Part shown: positions 19,778-28,988 of the stretch, in pieces
Position numbering within the stretch: the stretch's first letter is position 1
How the letters are laid out: each line of letters begins with the position of its first letter
Assembly (NCBI GenBank): GCA_043825735.1
Contig: JBDRRP010000054.1
Location: 1-59,012, forward strand
Reading direction: 5' to 3'
Length of the DNA stretch: 59,012 nt
Source: Pseudomonadota bacterium
Lineage (GTDB): Bacteria; Desulfobacterota; Desulfobacteria; Desulfobacterales; JBDRRP01
Translations under genes and position numbers: made by a program
The notes under the pieces: model-generated
The model's input: the letters and a program-made list of their open reading frames with translations, nothing else
The model's database searches: none
Told to the model about the DNA's origin: nothing

Positions 19778-20587
19778 ATGACTGCCACCACCGTCATTGT
19801 TTTCGATTATTCAGGCACCCTCAGTATGGGCGCCGTGGATTTCGGCCGCAACGACCGTCTTCAGGCGGCGCTCGAGCGCAGCGGGCTTTCTGCTTTCGGT
19901 GTCGATACGCCGGCCGTTTACTGGCAGCGCATCGTCCGGCCCACCTGGCCTGTGGCCAGTGTCACGGCGCGCCCTTTTTCCCGCTATATCGTCGCGCAGG
20001 TGCTGGGATCTACACCGCCGGATGCGCCGCCGGATGCGCCGCCGGCGCTGACTGCGGCCGCCGGCCGATTCGTTGAGGCCTACCTGGCGGCTTCGGACAT
20101 TGCCGCGCCGTGGCGGCCGCTGTTGCGCCGCCTCTGCCGCCGCAGTGATGTCCGGGTGATCATTGCCACCGATCACTATGCCGAAGCCACCGTCGCCATC
20201 ATCGGACACCTGGCCACACTGGGCCTGTCCGGAGCCCCGCTTGCTTTTGCTGCAAAAGCGTCGCACGATATCCGGGTGGCCAACTCGGCCGACCTCGGCT
20301 GCCGCAAAGCCGATCCATCCTTCTGGCGCAAGGTCGCGTCTGTGGTGGGCGGCAAGCCCGCTGCGCTGATGCTGGTGGATGATTTCGGCGCCGCCGAGAG
20401 TGCCGCTGCCGGATATGGGGCCCCCGAAGACGTTGCCCGCAGAAAACGCCTTGCGACGGAGGCCCTTCGGGGTGCGGGGGACTGGGCGGTGCATGTTCAC
20501 GCCGTTTGCCCTTCCGACGGGGGAAAAGACGCTTTTTCAGCCGCCGTAGCGGCTGCCGTCGATGCTATCGGGGGAATACTGGTCTGA
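19778..20587 (+). CDS. HAD-superfamily-like protein
   Basis: VIVFDYSGTL (motif I-like), IATD, K..P.FW and LVDD; starts 11 bp after thiD. Confidence 0.55.
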   Translation: MTATTVIVFDYSGTLSMGAVDFGRNDRLQAALERSGLSAFGVDTPAVYWQRIVRPTWPVASVTARPFSRYIVAQVLGSTPPDAPPDAPPALTAAAGRFVEAYLAASDIAAPWRPLLRRLCRRSDVRVIIATDHYAEATVAIIGHLATLGLSGAPLAFAAKASHDIRVANSADLGCRKADPSFWRKVASVVGGKPAALMLVDDFGAAESAAAGYGAPEDVARRKRLATEALRGAGDWAVHVHAVCPSDGGKDAFSAAVAAAVDAIGGILV

Positions 20588-20675
20588 GCGGCGGAAGGTG
20601 GATCTGCCCAGGGCGGGTCGGCTGCCGGTCGCTGCCGAAGGCACCGTTCGCCTGGCACCGGAAAACCCATAACGA

Positions 20676-20809
20676 TGATGAATTCGTAATCATGGATTTT
20701 GAACCACAGAGATCGCAGAGGCGCGCAGAGAACATGTTTAATCATTAATGGTTTGACTCTGTGTTCTCTGCGTCCTCTGTGGTGATATCCGCCTTTACGG
20801 GTTTATCGA
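20676..20809. repeat. Composite MITE-like element (CACAGAG/CGCAGAG subfamily)
   Basis: Inverted arms 20703-20730 and 20757-20783. Shares AATCATGGATTTTGAACCACAGAGA.CGCAGAGG with the inverse of 35724-35757. Confidence 0.85.
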
Positions 20810-20838
20810 ATATGACTCAACGGAAAGGAGTATTGCCC

Positions 20839-21840
20839 ATGCAGGATACGAGATTTAAAGCCATGGTGGTCACCGAAACCGAGGCCAAGCGATTTCAGCG
20901 TGCACTGGTCGAGCGCACCGTCGCCGATCTGCCCGACGGTGATGTGGTGGTCAAGGTGACCCATTCATCGCTCAACTTCAAGGATGCGCTATCGGCGACG
21001 GGCAATCGTGGGGTTACCCGGCAGTTTCCGCATACACCGGGAATCGATGCCGCCGGCGTGGTGGCCGACAGCCGGGCGGCGCAGTTCAGCCCCGGGCAGC
21101 CCGTTATTGTCACCAGCTACGATTTGGGGATGAACACCGACGGCGGCTTCGGACAGTACATCCGCGTGCCGGCGGGCTGGGTGATTCCCATGCCCGATGG
21201 TTTCGATGCCCATACGGCCATGGCCTACGGAACGGCGGGGCTCACTGCCGCGCTGAGCATCCTGAAACTGGTGGACGGCGGCGTTCAACCCGACAGCGGA
21301 GAAATTCTGGTGACCGGGGCCACCGGTGGGGTGGGCTCAATGGCCGTGGCCATCCTGGCCAAGCTGGGGTTCACCGTGGCCGCGGTGACCGGAAAAGCCG
21401 ATGCGGCAGACTTTCTCACCGGCATCGGCGCGGCGCGCGTGATTGCCCGCGCTGAGGCCGTGGATGATTCCCCGCGTCCCATGCTCAAGGGGCAGTGGGC
21501 CGGTGTGGTGGACACAGTGGGCGGCGATCTGCTGGCGACCGCCCTGAAGGCCTCCAAGCCTTATGCGGTGGTGACCTGTTGCGGCCTGGTGGCCTCGCCG
21601 ACGCTGAACACCTCGGTATTTCCGTTCATCCTGCGCGGGGTGAGCCTGGTGGGAATCGACTCTGCCGAATGCCCCATGGCGACCCGCCTGAGAGCCTGGA
21701 ATCATCTGGCCGGCGACTGGAAGATCACCGTCTTGGCCACCATGGTTCGGGATGTGGCTTTGGCCGATCTGGAGCCGGAAATCAACCTCATCCTCAAAGG
21801 GGGACAACGGGGCCGGGTAGTTGTCCGGCTGGACCGATAA
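20839..21840 (+). CDS. YhdH/YhfP (AcuI-like) quinone oxidoreductase, MDR family
   Basis: SSLNFKD, PGIDAAG, GTAGLTA, VTGATGGVGS and FPFILRGVSL.GIDS motifs; AAGGAG RBS. Confidence 0.92.
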   Translation: MQDTRFKAMVVTETEAKRFQRALVERTVADLPDGDVVVKVTHSSLNFKDALSATGNRGVTRQFPHTPGIDAAGVVADSRAAQFSPGQPVIVTSYDLGMNTDGGFGQYIRVPAGWVIPMPDGFDAHTAMAYGTAGLTAALSILKLVDGGVQPDSGEILVTGATGGVGSMAVAILAKLGFTVAAVTGKADAADFLTGIGAARVIARAEAVDDSPRPMLKGQWAGVVDTVGGDLLATALKASKPYAVVTCCGLVASPTLNTSVFPFILRGVSLVGIDSAECPMATRLRAWNHLAGDWKITVLATMVRDVALADLEPEINLILKGGQRGRVVVRLDR

Positions 21841-21891
21841 CGGTGCCTAGGGAAGGACACCTTTGTTAAAACATTTACAAAGGAGAAAATC

Positions 21892-22194
21892 ATGACCAGA
21901 TTGAGTGCCGTAGCACTGGCGGGCGTCACGGCCGGCCTGATGCTTGCCGCGGGAATGACAACGACTGCTGTCGCTGACACGCCGATGACGCTTGTCATGA
22001 CCAATTGCACCGTGTGTCATACCACTCAGCGGATCTGCAATCGCCTCGGCGAACTGGATGGGACAGGATGGCAGGGCATCATCCAGACCATGCTCGCCAA
22101 AAGGAACGAAGGACTGCTCAGTGACGACGAGAAACAGGCGATGGCCGATTTTCTGAACCAACAACCCAAAGGCGCTCCCCCGGTCTGTCCGTGA
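21892..22194 (+). CDS. Small exported monoheme cytochrome c
   Basis: Signal peptide ending AVA|D; CTVCH heme motif; W..II..M; AAGGAG RBS. Confidence 0.75.
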   Translation: MTRLSAVALAGVTAGLMLAAGMTTTAVADTPMTLVMTNCTVCHTTQRICNRLGELDGTGWQGIIQTMLAKRNEGLLSDDEKQAMADFLNQQPKGAPPVCP

Positions 22195-22228
22195 CGGCCA
22201 GGGAGACCGTGCTGAAAAGGAGTCCACC

Positions 22229-22729
22229 ATGGCCCAGATTACACTGAAGGGAAACCCGATTCATACTTCCGGCGACCTGCCGGCCGTCGGGGCCGCTGCC
22301 CCTGATTTCAACCTGACCAAAACCGATTTGTCGGATATCACTTTGGCTGATCTGTCCGGCAAGAAGCTGGTTTTGAACATCTTTCCCAGCATCGACACGC
22401 CGGTGTGCTCGGTGTCGGTGAGACGCTTCAACACGGAAATCGAGAAACACACCGATGCGCTCGTCCTGTCGGTATCCCGGGACCTACCGTTCGCCCATGC
22501 GCGGTTTTGCGCAGCAGAGGGGTTGAAAAATGTGGTGTCGGCATCCATTCTGCGGGACGCCGGTTTCGGCGAACGATATGGGGTGGGGATCATCGACGGC
22601 CCCCTGGCCGGCCTCATGGCCCGGGCGGTGGTGGTCCTTGACGCCGACGGTACGGTAGTGCACACCCAACTGGTTCCGGAAATCGGGCAGGAGCCGGATT
22701 ATGCGGCGGCGCTGGCGGCGTTGCGGTAA
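22229..22729 (+). CDS. tpx: Thiol peroxidase (atypical 2-Cys peroxiredoxin)
   Basis: [21 protein letters not shown] and EI..EPDY motifs. Confidence 0.95.
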   Translation: MAQITLKGNPIHTSGDLPAVGAAAPDFNLTKTDLSDITLADLSGKKLVLNIFPSIDTPVCSVSVRRFNTEIEKHTDALVLSVSRDLPFAHARFCAAEGLKNVVSASILRDAGFGERYGVGIIDGPLAGLMARAVVVLDADGTVVHTQLVPEIGQEPDYAAALAALR

Positions 22730-22888
22730 CTGCCGCTCTGTTGAACGCATCAGGCTTCGCTGTTCTATCTACGCCCGGCAAGATGCCATGACAAGAAGCC
22801 GCAGAGACACAGCGTTCAGCGTTCGGTGTTGGTATATCCAGTGGTGAGAGAAATTAATCGTTGCTGTTTTTCTGTATGAGGGATCGTC

Positions 22889-23866
22889 ATGAAACACCCC
22901 CTTAGTGAACCTGGCAGGATACTGGCCGGTCTGGACGGCGCGGCCGCGCCGATGAGCCGGCGGGCATTTTTGAAAGTGCAGCTGTCGGCCGCCGTGGCCA
23001 CGACCATCGGCTTTTCGGGGTTATGGATACCGGGGAAAAAGGCCTATGCCGGCGTCCCCGATGTGGCGGTGGCAGTGGGGGATATCGCCCCGGCGGTAAG
23101 AAAGGCCGTGGACATGCTGGGCGGCATGGGCAGCTTTGTGCGCCCCGGTCAAAAAGTCGTGATCAAGCCCAATATGAGCTTTGCCTTCAAACCGGGGACC
23201 GCCACCAACACCAGTCCCTTGGTCGTCCGGGAACTGGTGGCGCTGTGTAAGGAAGCCGGTGCCGGCCGGGTGCGGGTGCTGGATCATCCCCTGCGGCGGG
23301 AGGAGCTGTGCATCGAGGGGGTGAAGAAGGCCTGCGACGTCTTCAATGAAGATATCGTCTACGGAGTGACGCGGGACCGGCTGTTCAAGCCAACGCCCAT
23401 TCCCGGCGGCAAAGCGATGCGGGAGACCGACGTGATGCGCGAAGTCCTCGAAGCCGATGTGCTGATCGCCGCCCCGGTGGCCAAGGCCCACGGAGCGACC
23501 GGGGTCAGTCTGTCCATGAAGGGGATGATGGGGCTGATCTGGGACCGGGGGATCATGCACTGGCGCTATGATCTGGCCACGTCCATCGTTGATCTGGCCT
23601 CCCTGGTGAAGCCGCACTTGGTCGTGGTGGACGCCATTGAGGCACTCACTACCAACGGGCCCTCGGGACCCGGCAAAGTGGTGCGATACGACACGATCAT
23701 CGCCTCCAGGGACATGGTGGCTGCCGATGCCCAGGCGGTCGCCACCGTCCAGTGGTACGGCGCTGCCATGAAGGCCCGGCAGGTGGAGCATATCCGCCTG
23801 GCCCACGAACGGGGACTGGGACGCATGGACGTGGAAAACCTCGTGGTCCGGCAGGAACGGGTGTGA
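22889..23866 (+). CDS. DUF362 domain protein with Tat signal peptide
   Basis: SRRAFLK twin-arginine motif; LGGM..FV.PG.KVVIKPN, AKAH...SLSMKGMMG and D.VAAD. Confidence 0.88.
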   Translation: MKHPLSEPGRILAGLDGAAAPMSRRAFLKVQLSAAVATTIGFSGLWIPGKKAYAGVPDVAVAVGDIAPAVRKAVDMLGGMGSFVRPGQKVVIKPNMSFAFKPGTATNTSPLVVRELVALCKEAGAGRVRVLDHPLRREELCIEGVKKACDVFNEDIVYGVTRDRLFKPTPIPGGKAMRETDVMREVLEADVLIAAPVAKAHGATGVSLSMKGMMGLIWDRGIMHWRYDLATSIVDLASLVKPHLVVVDAIEALTTNGPSGPGKVVRYDTIIASRDMVAADAQAVATVQWYGAAMKARQVEHIRLAHERGLGRMDVENLVVRQERV

Positions 23867-25551
23867 ACCGGTTTCAACGGATCGTGCAGAGCGCCACCCT
23901 GATGGTGTTTCTGCTGCTTCTGGTCTGCGCCGGGTTTCCGCTGCCCGGATATCTGCCACTGGACGGGTTTTTGCGGATGGATCCCCTGGCCGGCGCTGCG
24001 GCCTCCCTGAGCGCCCGCCATCTCATTGTCGCCTTTTGGCCGGCGCTGCTGGTTGTCGTGTTTACTGTGGTGCTCGGTCGGTTTTTCTGTGGCTACCTAT
24101 GTCCCATGGGGACCACCATCGACCTGGTGGAAAGCGCCGGTGCCCGGCGTGGACGTCCTCTGAATGCTCCCGACACCTGGCGGCGGTGGCGCCCGGTCAA
24201 GTTCCATGCGTTGGCTTTTCTCCTGGGCACTGCTGCCCTGGGGGTGTCGTTCGTGTTCCTGGCCAGTCCTCTGGCCCTCATCACCCGGTTTTACGGCAAC
24301 CTCGTCATGCCGGTTGTTGCCGCCGCCGCCGACGGCCTGCTGGGTCTGGCGGCGGATTGGCCGGAACCTTTGCGGGTGGACGGCCTTGCCATGCTGCAGG
24401 TGCCGGTGCACCGGTTTGCCCACCAGTGGTTTCTGGTGGTTTTTTTTGTGGCCGTATTTGCCGCATCTCGCCTGGCACCGCGGTTCTGGTGCCGCTATCT
24501 GTGCCCGGCCGGGGCGGTTCTGGCGCTGTGCAGCCATCGTCCGATGGTCCGGCGCCGGGTATCGGACGCCTGTGTCGACTGCGGCCAGTGCCAGCGACAG
24601 TGCCCCATGGGTGCCATTGACGATAATGACCCGCGGCAGACGGCGCATGGCGCATGCATCACCTGCCAGCAGTGCGTGGCGGTTTGTCCGGTGACGGCCG
24701 TGGGTTTTGCACCCGGCGGCCGTGGCCCGGTGGTCATCGATGGCGTATGGGCTGACCGGCGGCGACTGCTGGGCACGGGTATTGCCGGTGCCGCCACCGC
24801 GCTGGTTTCACTGTCGGGGCTCCATCACCTGCACGGACGGGAAGGACTCGGGCGCATCCTTCCTCCCGAGCTCATCAGGCCACCGGGCAGTTTGCCCGAA
24901 GACGCGTTTTTGGCCAGCTGCCTGCGCTGCGGAGAGTGCCTGAGCGCCTGCCCCACGAACACGCTGCAGCCCCTTGGGACGGCCATAGGGATCACTGGCC
25001 TGTTCAGCCCGGTGCTGACACCGCGCCGGGGACCCTGCGAGCCCGGGTGCAACGTGTGCGGCTGGGTGTGCCCGACCGGTGCCATACGGTCTCTGCCGCT
25101 GCGGGAGAAAACCTGGGCCAAAGTGGGAACGGCGCACATTCTTCGCCACAAGTGTCTCGCCTGGGAATTCGACCGCCGGTGCCTGGTCTGTGACGAGGTC
25201 TGCCCTTATGACGCCGTCGAATTGACCTCGGTGGCGGGAATCGCCGTCGGTGTGCCGGTGGTTCATGAAAACCGCTGCGCCGGGTGCGGCCTGTGTGAGC
25301 ACCACTGTCCGGTCAAGGCCCAGGCGGCCATCGTGGTCGAACCCATGGGTGAGCTGCGTCTTGCCGGCGGCAGTTACGAAGAAAAGGCCCGCTCGCTGGG
25401 GCTGTCGCTGGTGTTGGCCAAGAACAGGACGGCTGCCGGAGACAGCGGCGAACGCAGCGTCTCGGTCCCGCATGCCGATTATCCGGCCGCCCCCGGAGAG
25501 ACCGCGGCGCCCGATGCCGGCGACCGCCTGCCGCCGGGGTTCACGCGGTAG
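23863..25551 (+). CDS. Membrane polyferredoxin (NapH-like plus NapG/MauM-like 4Fe-4S domains)
   Basis: GRFFCGYLCPMG, RFWCRYLCP, several CxxCxxCxxxCP motifs and RPPG. GTG start overlaps the DUF362 stop. Confidence 0.88.
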   Translation: MNRFQRIVQSATLMVFLLLLVCAGFPLPGYLPLDGFLRMDPLAGAAASLSARHLIVAFWPALLVVVFTVVLGRFFCGYLCPMGTTIDLVESAGARRGRPLNAPDTWRRWRPVKFHALAFLLGTAALGVSFVFLASPLALITRFYGNLVMPVVAAAADGLLGLAADWPEPLRVDGLAMLQVPVHRFAHQWFLVVFFVAVFAASRLAPRFWCRYLCPAGAVLALCSHRPMVRRRVSDACVDCGQCQRQCPMGAIDDNDPRQTAHGACITCQQCVAVCPVTAVGFAPGGRGPVVIDGVWADRRRLLGTGIAGAATALVSLSGLHHLHGREGLGRILPPELIRPPGSLPEDAFLASCLRCGECLSACPTNTLQPLGTAIGITGLFSPVLTPRRGPCEPGCNVCGWVCPTGAIRSLPLREKTWAKVGTAHILRHKCLAWEFDRRCLVCDEVCPYDAVELTSVAGIAVGVPVVHENRCAGCGLCEHHCPVKAQAAIVVEPMGELRLAGGSYEEKARSLGLSLVLAKNRTAAGDSGERSVSVPHADYPAAPGETAAPDAGDRLPPGFTR

Positions 25552-25573
25552 GGGCGTTGGTGAGGGCTCAATA

Positions 25574-25706
25574 TTGATGGCCCCGTAAGAAAACGGAATC
25601 TCTCGCAACGCCGCAGAGATCGCAAAGATAACTAACTGACATTAAAAATATTCTTTGCGCACTTGGCGCCTTTGCGAGGAAAATGCTTTTTTACGGGTTT
25701 GTCGAA
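25574..25706. repeat. Composite MITE-like element (CGCAAAG subfamily)
   Basis: TTGATGGCCCCGTAAG...TTTTTTACGGGTTTGTCGAA. Its reverse complement is collinear with 28618-28783. Confidence 0.85.
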
Positions 25707-25822
25707 ATGGATTGTTGAATATTTCTTGGACCCGTATTCGGGCCGGCGCGGGGGCCTGCCCCGCAAACGAAAAACAAGGCGTTGCCGACGGCAGCGCCTC
25801 AATTAAAATGAGGCATCGGTAC

Positions 25823-26272
25823 ATGACGACACTGCTCGATGATTGCCCGGTGACGGTGGAAATTCCGGTGGCCTGGGGCGAGATGGACGCTTTCCAGCAC
25901 GTGAACAACGTGGCCTATTTCCGTTATTTCGAAACGGTCCGGATTGCTTATTTCACGGCACTCGATCTCATGGCGACCATGCAGGAGACCGGCATCGGAC
26001 CCATCCTGGCCGAAACCCGCTGCCGTTTCCGGATTCCGCTGACCTACCCGGACACCCTCACGGTGGGCGCCCGGGTGAGCGCCTTGGAGGGCGACCGTTT
26101 TATCATGGACTACCGGGTGGCGAGTGCCCGGCACGGCAAGGTCGCCGCCGAAGGCGACGGCATTCTTGTCACTTTCGATTATACCGCAGGAAACAAGGTA
26201 CCCATCCCCGAAGCGCTCGAACGCCGCATTCGGGCGCTTGAACGCCTGCCCGTGGGGAGGATCAACGGATGA
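25823..26272 (+). CDS. Acyl-CoA thioesterase (hotdog fold)
   Basis: VAWGEMDAFQHVNNVAYFRYFE and LTYPD motifs. Confidence 0.9.
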   Translation: MTTLLDDCPVTVEIPVAWGEMDAFQHVNNVAYFRYFETVRIAYFTALDLMATMQETGIGPILAETRCRFRIPLTYPDTLTVGARVSALEGDRFIMDYRVASARHGKVAAEGDGILVTFDYTAGNKVPIPEALERRIRALERLPVGRING

Positions 26273-26763
26273 GCACCGATACCCCCTTTTGGGAAACCAC
26301 TGCGCTGGATGCGCTCACCGCCGATCAGTGGGAATCCCTCTGTGACGGGTGCGCCCGCTGCTGCCTGCACAAGCTGCAGGACGAGGATACCCAAGCGGTT
26401 TACTACACCGATGTGGCATGCACCATGCTCGATGTGACGGCATGCCGATGCACGGATTACGACCGCCGCCATGAACGGATGCCGGCTTGTGCCCGGCTCA
26501 CTTGCGAGACAGTGCGAGCCATCGGCTGGCTTCCTGCCACCTGCGCCTACCGGCTATGCGCCTTGGGAAAACCGCTGCCTCGGTGGCACCACCTGTTGAC
26601 CGGCAGCATGGACGGCGTACACCGCAGCGGGGCATCGGTTCGGGGAAAGGCCGTCGTGCTGGAAGATCCCGATGAGGAAACCCTCATGGCGCGCGTCGTC
26701 GAAATGATCGCTACCGATACGGGCCTTCGCCTGTTTTTACCATCCGAAGGAGACTCCCCATGA
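26269..26763 (+). CDS. YcgN family cysteine-cluster protein
   Basis: WESLCDGCARCCLHK, C.DY..R...PAC and WLPATCAYR motifs. Confidence 0.9.
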   Translation: MSTDTPFWETTALDALTADQWESLCDGCARCCLHKLQDEDTQAVYYTDVACTMLDVTACRCTDYDRRHERMPACARLTCETVRAIGWLPATCAYRLCALGKPLPRWHHLLTGSMDGVHRSGASVRGKAVVLEDPDEETLMARVVEMIATDTGLRLFLPSEGDSP

Positions 26764-27782
26764 GCATTCCAGGCAATTTGTTGACTACCGCCATGGCGGT
26801 CATGCCCCACATGAATGCGGACCGTGCATTGGAGACAGCGCTTAGTCTCGATATCCCCTTTTGGCCGCAGTTGCCGCGGATGAGCTACACCGAAGACATG
26901 TACGTCCAGGCCAGCGAGCATTTCCCCGGCATCGTGCTCGACATGGAAAAGCAGACCCTTGCGTTTTCCATCGACAAGTTCATCTTCGAGCTTGAAGCGG
27001 CCATGGCCCATTTCGAGGACCCGGGGCACTTCGATATCAGCCCCGATTATTCGGTGGTCTACCACCGGTTCCTGGAGCTGGATCTCACTGACCGGCCGGC
27101 CATCCGGGGCCAGCTCGAAGGCCCGATCAGTTTCGGGCTCAACGTGCTGGATCAGAACAAGCGTCCGATTCTCTTTGACGACACGGTGCGCCCCTTTATG
27201 TTCGAAATCATGGCCCGCCGCATCAACGCCCAGCTCTCCCGGCTCACCGCGCTCAATCCCAACGCCTTCATGTTCGTTGATGAACCGGGGCTGCAGTTTC
27301 TATTCAGCGCCATGAGCGGCTACGACGCGCAGCGGGCCGCGCCCGACATGGAGCTTTTCCTGTCCACGGTGGAGCGTCCCCGCGGCATCCATCTGTGCGG
27401 CAACCCGGACTGGGATTTTCTCCTCAACCTGGACATGGATATCCTTTCCCTGGATGTATTCACCAACGGTGAGATCTTTCCCAACTATACCGCGAGTATC
27501 CGGAAATTCCTGGACCGGGGCGGCACGCTGGTCTGGGGCATCGTCCCCACCAATTTCGAACCCTTCACGGAAAGTCGCGTGGATTTGCTGGCACTGAGGT
27601 TGGAGGCCATGTGGGAAAAACTCACGGCCAAAGGGATCGATCGGGATCTTCTGCTTTCTCGCAGTCTGCTTTCCCCGGCCACCTGCTGCCTGGTCAATTC
27701 GGACGGGGAGAAGACCGTGGAAAAAGCATTCGCCATGGTGCGGGAGCTGTCGCTGCGGTTGCGGGAGAAATACCGGTTGTAG
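26760..27782 (+). CDS. Core (MetE catalytic domain only) methionine synthase-like protein
   Basis: PFWPQLP, GPISFG, FVDEP, HLCG, WGIVPT and SPATCCL; likely Zn ligands H-x-C and a C-terminal Cys. Confidence 0.65.
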   Translation: MSIPGNLLTTAMAVMPHMNADRALETALSLDIPFWPQLPRMSYTEDMYVQASEHFPGIVLDMEKQTLAFSIDKFIFELEAAMAHFEDPGHFDISPDYSVVYHRFLELDLTDRPAIRGQLEGPISFGLNVLDQNKRPILFDDTVRPFMFEIMARRINAQLSRLTALNPNAFMFVDEPGLQFLFSAMSGYDAQRAAPDMELFLSTVERPRGIHLCGNPDWDFLLNLDMDILSLDVFTNGEIFPNYTASIRKFLDRGGTLVWGIVPTNFEPFTESRVDLLALRLEAMWEKLTAKGIDRDLLLSRSLLSPATCCLVNSDGEKTVEKAFAMVRELSLRLREKYRL

Positions 27783-27812
27783 GGGGCTGCCTGAAAGACT
27801 GAGCGTTCAATG

Positions 27813-27939
27813 TTGATGGATCCGTAAAAAGTGATTTAGAACCGCAGAGAACGCAGAGAATTCGATGAATTATTAGTGGGATATCTCTGTGCTCTCTGCG
27901 TCCTCTGTGGTGATTTCAGACTTTTAACGAGTTTGTCGA
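27813..27939. repeat. Composite MITE-like element (CACAGAG/CGCAGAG subfamily)
   Basis: TTGATGGATCCGTAAAAAGT...ACTTTTAACGAGTTTGTCGA around inverted arms; the inverse of 39471-39607. Confidence 0.85.
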
Positions 27940-27993
27940 CGTTCAATACGCAATATTCAAAGCGATGAATACGCAGGGTAGGCTTTCTCGGAG

Positions 27994-28100
27994 TCCAAAT
28001 CGCTATCGGGATCGAAATCGATTTGCGGCGCACCCTTGTGTTTCGTGTTCCCGCCCCACGTCTTTCCGATTTTCGATAGCGATCCCGATCCCGATTTGGA
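27994..28100. repeat. Palindromic element with hexameric ATCGNN arms
   Basis: TCCAAATCGCTATCGGGATCGAAATCGA (27994-28021) is inverted as TCGATAGCGATCCCGATCCCGATTTGGA (28073-28100). Confidence 0.8.
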
Positions 28101-28180
28101 TCGCTTGCCCCAGCAAAATAGTTGATAACTCCGTTGAACATTGAGGATTGGTTATCAGACACCGTAAAGGATTTTCACCC

Positions 28181-28507
28181 ATGACCCTTGAAGAACTCCA
28201 ATCCACCATCGATGCGTGGGTGACCACCATCGGCGTGCGCTATTACAGTGAGCTCACCAACACGGCCATTCTCATGGAGGAGGTAGGGGAGCTGGCACGG
28301 ATCATGGCCCGCCAGTTCGGTGACCAGAGTTTCAAGGCCGGCGAGTCTTTCGATCACCTCGCCGATGAAATGGCCGATGTCCTTTTCGTTCTGGTCTGTC
28401 TGGCCAATCAGACCGGCGTGAACCTCACCGACGCTGTAAGGCGCAATCTTGAAAAGAAGACCACCCGCGATGCCGCGCGGCACGCGGCCAACCCCAAGCT
28501 GCGATGA
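28181..28507 (+). CDS. MazG-like nucleotide pyrophosphohydrolase
   Basis: LMEEVGELAR and DEMADVLFVL.CLANQ motifs. Confidence 0.9.
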   Translation: MTLEELQSTIDAWVTTIGVRYYSELTNTAILMEEVGELARIMARQFGDQSFKAGESFDHLADEMADVLFVLVCLANQTGVNLTDAVRRNLEKKTTRDAARHAANPKLR

Positions 28508-28568
28508 GCGCGCGCTGGGGGGAGCATTTTAAACCTCAAGTCGCGGTAGTCCGCACCGTTGAAAGGGA

Positions 28569-28921
28569 AACCACGAAGTACACGAAGAAAAGATTAAAAA
28601 ACGAGATTATCTAAAGACGATGAAACCGTAAAAAAGCAATTTTCTCGCATCAGTCTTCGCTCTGCGAGCTACGCCGGACAAGAAGACGCCAAGCACGCAA
28701 AGAAAAATTATTTAATATCAATGTGTTAACGTTGCGATCGTTGCGGCTTTGCGAGAGATTCGGGCTTTTTACGGGACCATCAAAGAATATTTCTCCCGCA
28801 GAGGCGCAGAGACGCAGAGAACTGCGGGAAATTGAATTGCGCGAGTGCGTTTCCCTGCGCCGCTGCGTCTCTGCGCGAGATATGAATTAAAAAATCTCCG
28901 TGCACTCCGTGACGCCGTGGT
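28569..28921. repeat. Nested composite of four palindromic elements
   Basis: Outer arms 28569-28587 and 28896-28921; inner MITE 28618-28783 carrying an insert at 28650-28682; a second inner palindrome at 28792-28880. Confidence 0.85.
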
Positions 28922-28988
28922 GATCGAAATATCTTCGGGTGCAGCGGCTGCCGGCATCAAGTACGGGTTCCAGGGCAAAGAGGGTTTT

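Noticed and set aside
20016..20046. 12-bp tandem repeat encoding PPDAPPDAPP
   Set aside because: A short in-frame linker duplication with no sign of a wider role.
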